In this document: positions 56,521 to 64,000 of the stretch, in pieces
Numbering within the stretch: position 1 is the stretch's first letter
Layout: every line of letters begins with the position of its first letter
Assembly: GCF_006345805.1 (NCBI RefSeq)
Contig: NC_042998.1
Location: 129,766,001-129,830,000, forward strand
Length of the DNA stretch: 64,000 nt
DNA from: Octopus sinensis
Taxonomy: Eukaryota
Direction of reading: 5' to 3'
Translations under genes and position numbers: made by a program
The notes under the pieces: generated by a model
The model's database searches: none
Told to the model about the DNA's origin: nothing
The model's input: the letters and a program-made list of their open reading frames with translations, nothing else

Positions 56521-58940
56521 GGGATAGTATTACTGTTTTATTAATGGCATAATGTATGGGTCGAATTTTTAATAAAATAACTTTTATCAATATCATTATT
56601 ACGAAAATATGAATTGTACATACACAACAACCAATAGCAGAAAACTTCTCTGGTTGAATGCTTCATAGAGAGAAAGTGTGAGTGAGAGAGAAAGAGAGGA
56701 CGAGAGACGGAGAGAGGGAGAGAGAGATGGGTTGAGATAAAAAATATCCAAGATTGTTGTCTCAGTAAAAATAACACCAATCTGTAAATAGTATTCATTA
56801 TATTAAGAATTATACAGAATATTTATTTCAGTGAAAATGGAGCCACACATGAAGCCATAAAGGACAAAAGATATCGAAATGTTTAATAAAGAATCTTTTC
56901 TTTTTTGGCTTTGTTATTTAATTACTATTTTCTTTTTTACGTTCAACTGAAGCTTCATTCTATTTCTGATCAACGTAGAGAAGAACGTTGGAGCGAGGAA
57001 AAAAATTAGTGGTGTAGTTTGTAGTAGCCTATACAATGAATCTTGATAGATTTGTGTGTGATAGTGAGTAGTGTGAGGTGGAGTTGTGACGTCTTTCCAG
57101 TAGTTTGAATAACATTTGTAATGTTAGTAGGTTAGTGTTACTACTACAGTCACATAGTTTCGATCCTGGATTAAAAAAAAAAATTGATATACGTTTTCGG
57201 TTGTTTTCAAAGATAACTCAGCAGTATATAGGTTTCCTTTGTTTTCTTTTATTCTGATGTTAATAGAAATTCAACTAAGCGTGGTATGGTCTAACGTAAG
57301 ATATATATAAAACAAAACAAGAAATTGGTAAATGTTTTGGCATTAGTTATTCCCCATTACACATGTTTCATTTGCTAATAGGGATCACAAAATTGTACAT
57401 GTTGGATATAAATGTAAGAAATTCCCTATTAAAAATCTTTCGGATAGAGAAACAAATGATAATTTTCCAGATTCCTGTTTTCTTATGTAATAACACTTCA
57501 AGCAATATTTCAGAATTTTCGAATCGCTTATGTACCTCACGTCAATGCAACAACGATAACAACTACATCCTGAATTGTATTATTCTGGAAAATGCAAATG
57601 TGCTTCAAGAGGACACTTATTAGTTTTTTTCCATACCTATATAGCATATATACATATGTGTGTGTATGAGTGCGTGTGTATGGGTGTGTGAATGCATCTA
57701 AATACACTTGAATCAACTATTGCAAGGATACAAACAACCATAATGATGAAATGCGGAAAGAACTATAATATACTCCATGTTCATCCTTATCGCTCTTATA
57801 AACATATATATACATATACGAATATAAGTGCTTTTGTGTGTGAGTGCGTGCGTATTTGTGTATTTAGTTAGTATGTTTTGAATCATTTTTCGGCTAAAAG
57901 ACACAAACTAATGTGAGCACGTGTCCAAAAACAGCATGATGGTTTTATTGTTTAATCTTTACGTCAAGTATATTGTCCTGTCTTAGTCTATCTTGGTGTC
58001 ATTATAATATGCAGTCACTAGTTTTACTTTTATGGTCTGTGGTATAAAGTAATGTGTTCTTAGTCCTGCAGACAAACTGAGACCAATGTGACCATTTTCG
58101 TTTGTTCATAGCCAAAAGAAAATCTGAAATGAAAAAAGCGCAGTGAGATTAGTACCTTACTCTCTCGTTTAATACCCCAGCATGTCCGCTGTTTGCACTC
58201 TCCCCAACGGATCAAGATTTAAAGGTTGCATAATCAAAACTTTCAGACAACTTCCAAATATTGTGTTCTTGAAAACGAAGTGAAAACAGCTGAGAGTAAA
58301 ACTTTGGACAAAATATGAATTACAAATTTTCGATTATCCAAACCAAATCCCGGTTCTAACACTTAAGTCAAAAATTACCGATTATCGACTCAGAACCGTG
58401 AAAATAGATACGCTGGGCTGATGGTCTATTATTCCTACGGGTATATAATGTATACAACAGGGAAATAACGAAGTTAATTTTACCAAATACATTGATCCTT
58501 TCATTCGAGTTTATAATCTTATACTGATTTTGTATATTAATGTTACAGTGATTTTTTTCAAGTAACGAATAAGGAAAGGCATCTCTTAAAGTTATATGTA
58601 CTATATATTAGGTTGTTCCGTTTACATCTTTCTCTCTTTCTCTTCCTCTCTCTATCTCTCTTTTCCTCGCTGTCTCTGTATCCCCCTCTCTGTATATATG
58701 TGGGCGTGTGTGTGTATGTGCGTATCTACATACACAAACGCATACTATACACACACACATACACACACATATATATATATACAGAGTATATAAAATAAGT
58801 ATATATGTATATATACATACATACAAACATACATATATATGTATATATGAATAAATGTATATATATATATATAAATATATAAGGCTATACACAGAAACAT
58901 GCATATATACATACATACATACATACATGTATGTATATGA

Positions 58941-58984
<44 letters not shown>

Positions 58985-59699
58985 ATGCGTCAATGTGAGT
59001 GTATGTGTTTTTGCGTGTGTTTACTTGGTGATTGCCTCGAGTGTGCGTGTGTGTGTGCGCGCGCGCGTGCATGCGTGCGTGCGCGCGTGTGTGTATAAAT
59101 CGATTATTCTACCGATAATATTGTTAGAATTTGTCTGTTTCCGTTCTCCTTTCCTTTGAATATTTCTAGACACCATTGATTTTAATAAGTTTCTGAAAAT
59201 TATGAAAACAGAAAAGACATCAAAAAGACAATCAGTTTTATTTGTGAGATTGCAAAAGAAAACATCTAAATCAAGGGAACTTCTTTTTGTCTGATAGACA
59301 GGAACAAAAGCACAATATTTTATGATATTTCACCAATAATTTCACTATCGCCATAAACATCACCCAGCCTTACCAGCTTTCTTTTCCTACACCCTCACCT
59401 TCTTCAATTCATATTTTCCCTTCTTCTGCTTTATCGTCATCCTAATCTATCATCTACGATATCACAACTATCAACTCCACTATGACTAACTGTAATAATA
59501 ACGTCAACAACAACAACAGCAACAACAATGACATCAATAACAACACTCTTATCACTGTTACAACTGTCATCATGAAACAAACTTCGTTTCAGTGGCATTG
59601 TTCCCAATATCACAATGGAATTCACATCATCACAACGTCAAGACTTATTGTTAGCAACATACCCAAATCAACTACCCGGATCAACAACAGCAACGACAA

Positions 59700-59841
<142 letters not shown>

Positions 59842-60060
59842 TATTTCTTTATTACCCACAAGGGGCTAAACATAGAGGGGACAAACAAGGACAAAGTATT
59901 AATTCGATTATATCGACCCCAGTGCGTAACTGGTACTTAATTTATCGACCCCGAAAGAATGAAAGACAAAGTCGACCTCGGCGTAATTTGAACTCAGAAC
60001 GTAACGGCAGACGAAATACGGCTACGCATTTCGCCCGGCCTGCTAACGTTTCTGCCAGCT
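59842..60060 (-). mobile_element. SINE family A
   Basis: Reverse complement of 929-1160. Confidence 0.9.
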
Positions 60061-60224
60061 AAATAATAATGATAATATATTTATTAACCACAAGGGTTTA
60101 CATGAAGAGAAACGTTATGGAGAGCGCAGGACAAATCAAAATTAATGTGTGTGTGAGTGTGTGTAGTTGTGAGTGTTTTGCGTGTAAACAAAACTAATTT
60201 AATTTTTTTAAAAAGCGAGATCAG

Positions 60225-60804
60225 CAATGTGTAACCTCAATAGGGATGAGATGTTCGAGGACTGCTCATGGAAAGCCCCCAGAAAAACCATAGGTATCCT
60301 GACATTTGGAGCAGGTACCATTTATTTTTGTCTCTTTTCTTCTTTCCAACTAGAGGTGTATGCTCAGGGCAGGCCCGATCACTCGTATCATTCTTGCCAC
60401 ATTCATCCATCTCCGGGTAAATTGACTAGAACTTCCCTCTCTACCCTTATTTTTCTTTTCAAGTGAAACTTGAAGCAATTCATAAGAGATTGGCCAAAGA
60501 GAAAAGTGTTTGTTTTCAGTCCTTTTAATCTCGTCCACCACACCACTTCTTTCGCCATGGCCACCAGGCATATAAAAACAGTTTTTCCTTCCCGGCTAAA
60601 GGAAGGCGGTGGGGCGATCTTCGCGATAGATTCAGTTGATAGCTGAATCCGTCTTACATGCAGCAGCAAGTTTTTGACATAAACCCATAGGTCAGCGATC
60701 CTCAGGCACTGGACGCGTGCATGAAGGACCGTCTCGTCGTCCTGCGCGCATCTCGGACAAACACGGCTAACGGCACTTCGGTACATGTACAGGTTATCTC
60801 GCAA
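60225..60804 (-). mobile_element. Tx1/L1-like ORF2 C-terminus (zinc-binding domain) plus 3' UTR, 5'-truncated
   Basis: CPRCAQDDETVLHARVQC..LW..MAKEVVWWTR, the CX2C..H..C motif that follows L1-clade RT. Confidence 0.8.
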
Positions 60805-60819
60805 TCACTGAATCTCATT

Positions 60820-61275
60820 GGATAGTAAAATAGTGAGATTCCGTGATTGCTACACGGAGATCAGATATTGTTGTTATTGATAAATCATGAAGTAAGCGAA
60901 GAGCTTAGATATTGTCTTATTCGGAGATGTACAAGTGGATGATAGACAACTAGGAAAGATTGAGAAGTAGCCATTAAAAGATGAAAATATCCGAATGTGA
61001 GAAATGAAGAAAGTAACTGTTACTGCAATATTTGTAGGGGCACTGGGGGTATTAACATCCGGGTTTCAGGAATTTCTTGGAGAAATTGAGGGTGACATGA
61101 GAAAAGAACATGCTCAGAAAACTGCCTTATCAGAGAAGGCGAGGATTTTGAAACTGATACTTGGATGTTAAATATCGTGGACGAGGACCATGTGATACTC
61201 TTGAAAACAGATTACTCTCTGCTCTTACAGAATTAGCCGGAGCAAATGTAATCTAGAACTCTGAGTAGTGAATTG
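60820..61275 (+). mobile_element. R4/Dong-like LINE, old 3' fragment
   Basis: TRRSDIVVIDK, VTAIFVGALGVL, EHAQKTAL..ARILKLILG; followed by an AAC/AAT tract. Confidence 0.7.
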
Positions 61276-61984
61276 ACAATAACAACAACAATAATCATAT
61301 CAATAATAAACAGTGATTTGTTACTTAGTGATTTAGGCACAAACCTGGCATTTGTGAGAGTGGGAGTTTTTCAATTTACATAGACCCTAGCATTTGACTG
61401 GCATTATGATTTATCAAACCCCAGAGTATGAACGACAAAATTGATCATTGCGGGATATTTCTTTTTTTTTACCAAAAACACAACATAAAAAACACAATAA
61501 AAAAAAACCCTAAAAAACAACAACATCTATAATAAAAAACAAAACCTAAAAACCTACAAAAAACAATTAACCAACCAAAAACTGAATAAACATACAGATA
61601 ACAATGAAGTAATCGCGAAGTAATGGCTTTTGCATAGATCATGCGTGTTATAAATAGTTTTAAATGGAATGAATAAAATAAATTTGAAAACTACCATTGC
61701 TCTCTATAGTTAAAGAAGAAATCCGACACATTTTGTTTTCTCTTACTCCAGTCTTTGACCAACAATTTCATATTCAGTATAGGTTTCCTGAGGAATAACA
61801 CACTCCTTCATATTTTTCTAACGTTTATTGTAGGATAGTACCATACTCTATATCCTTACTTTCCTTCGCAGTTATTACTTGAAGATGATGATGTTAGTTT
61901 GGCCCGGAAAAGAATTCTCGGAGGTCAGTTTTCTTAATTGTGTCTACCCTATTTCAGTTTCTCTCATAGCCGCCATAATTAGAG

Positions 61985-62170
61985 GGCCACTTTGATGTTT
62001 CATATTAAAGGAAAGCGGCGAGCCGACATTCGTGATTGGAGGCGGAACTGTTCTACACGTGGTAATAAAAGTCAGCAATATTTAGATGTTCAATGAATAT
62101 ATCCAGTCCGCAGTTTCGTTTTCGGCGCGCATCGAACACACTGGCTAACAGCATTATAGGGACAAAACTG
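61985..62170 (-). mobile_element. Very decayed Tx1/L1-like zinc-domain fragment
   Basis: Minus strand CVRCA..NET..NIAD, echoing 60403-60804. Confidence 0.4.
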
Positions 62171-62904
62171 TAGTAATTATATAGCACAACAAAGGCTCAC
62201 GTAAATTAGCATTGTGCAGACACATTAGTTTGTTATACACGTTCTCAAACAGTTTAGCTAGGCTTATACTTTGGTATCACTAGCTCATATATTTCGCTCC
62301 CCAAATGAAAAGGATACAGAACACAACACTCAACTACCACACTTCTTACGATTTAAACAGAAGGTAGCAACAATATAAACTACAACCGCGACAATGGCAG
62401 CAATACCTGCAACAACTACAATAACAATGACGTCTTATCATATTAGTCTATAATCGGATGCTGCACATGATTGATTCCTTATGCATATCTACTTATGCAT
62501 AAAATACATTTCAAGTCTTTAAGTGTTAGCACAAAACACGTTAGCAAACAATCTATTACGTGATCAGTGCTATGTAATCTATAAAACAACACTTCGATAA
62601 TTTATAATTCACCAAATGCAATATTTTGCCAGATAAAACTTCATCTCACACAGAACATGAAGTTCTATAAAAAGTTATTCAGACACGATACAGGGGCATC
62701 AATAACAGGGCTTAAACAGCATCTTAATAAATATACCGTTGCAAATTGAGAGGAAACATACGAAAACAGCATACATAAAGAAATAAACGCATCATCACTT
62801 GACTCATTAGCTCCATTTACTGATGGAAGATGTTAAAACGACAACCCACTTGTTCTCTTCTTCCTTATTTTCAACATAATTTTATACCTCGTATACCCGC
62901 ACAT

Positions 62905-62977
<73 letters not shown>

Positions 62978-64000
62978 TACACAATCACACACCTAATTTT
63001 ATTATCCTTCTCGGGATTACGATGTTCCCGACCATTTATAAGTGCAGATGAACAGCAACCGTCATGGCTTGACGGATTCCATCCTCACCTACCTACCTAC
63101 CTACCTACCTACCTCTAAAATGCATAAATGTACAGATGTAAAGTGTACGGAGAGAGACTCTACAGCATTCCAGTCGATCATACTGCTCACCATAGATTAA
63201 TCTCTGTATATTTGGAATTATAATTTATTATGAACACAACACCGGTGGATTCGACGTGCATTTGTTTGTCAATTAAAGCTGGCTTTGGAGGTAGACAACA
63301 GCAATTCCTCAAATATGTTGCAATTGCAGTTTTTATATGATGTTGAATTTATGTATTGACAGCGTTTTTAGATTGTTGGACACAAAGACCAAGCACTCTA
63401 AACTCAAATCACTCAGAAGTCAAATATCCCTTTCATCTCCCACCCGAGTTCGATAGATAAAGTGTAGCATTCACTAGTAGGGTTTTTATTTTCTCTCTTT
63501 CTCTATCTAACAATCTCTCTGTCTGCCTCTATCTGTCTGTCTGTCTGTCTATCTCTCTCTCTCTCTCTCCCTCTCTAGAATCTATCGTATGTGATCAGTC
63601 CTGAGGTTAGACAACGCATTATGCTGAGAATATTCATCTACGAGCTGCATGAACAGTTGATAGCGTACCTGTGATAATGTGGTAATTGCAATTACCTAAA
63701 GATCAATCAGGATTTTCCACCATCCTCTCTGACTCCAACTCACAACTACAGCTTTTACAAGAAAAAACATTCCCCATTTCAAATATTAGAGGAGGGACAA
63801 TTTCTCCCTTAAAAATCAGAGAAGCTTATCTTCATCGATAGCAAAAACATGCTGTATACTGTATAATGAAATTATGGCTGTATATTTTACTTGTCATTAT
63901 CCGATGGAAATATGAGACATACCCGTATTCAGGAGTTTTCCGCCATAAAGTTTCCGAGATGTGTCGTAAAGAGATATTTTAGTATTCCTCACTCATTGCA

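Noticed and set aside
58150-58260. Possible minus-strand exon ending at GTAAGGTA
   Set aside because: No recognisable peptide, no convincing acceptor and no partner exons.

Overview
Repeat-saturated, AT-rich animal genomic DNA, most likely an octopod cephalopod. That assignment is inferred from the tRNA-derived SINE families and the extreme TA/TACA/TATC/TAA microsatellite load. I find no supportable host-gene exon, rRNA, true tRNA or CRISPR array; nearly all listed ORFs are microsatellite translations or transposon fragments. The window holds (1) about eight decayed R4/Dong-like non-LTR retrotransposon fragments with a restriction-like endonuclease (RLE), in (TAA)n-associated and (TACA)n-associated groups; (2) Tx1/L1-like fragments, including a young-looking ~2.6 kb element at 33.7-36.3 kb that carries only a gag-like ORF1 with a duplicated C-terminal module and no ORF2; (3) mariner D34D and DD41D remnants, a CR1 tail, a Helitron helicase fragment and three non-autonomous Helitrons; (4) four SINE families plus a ~560-bp TAA-flanked non-coding element; (5) Penelope-type remnants, one with a near-canonical minimal hammerhead ribozyme; (6) several foldback or inverted duplications, some possibly long-read assembly artefacts. 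Boundaries were read by eye and are approximate unless a junction is quoted.
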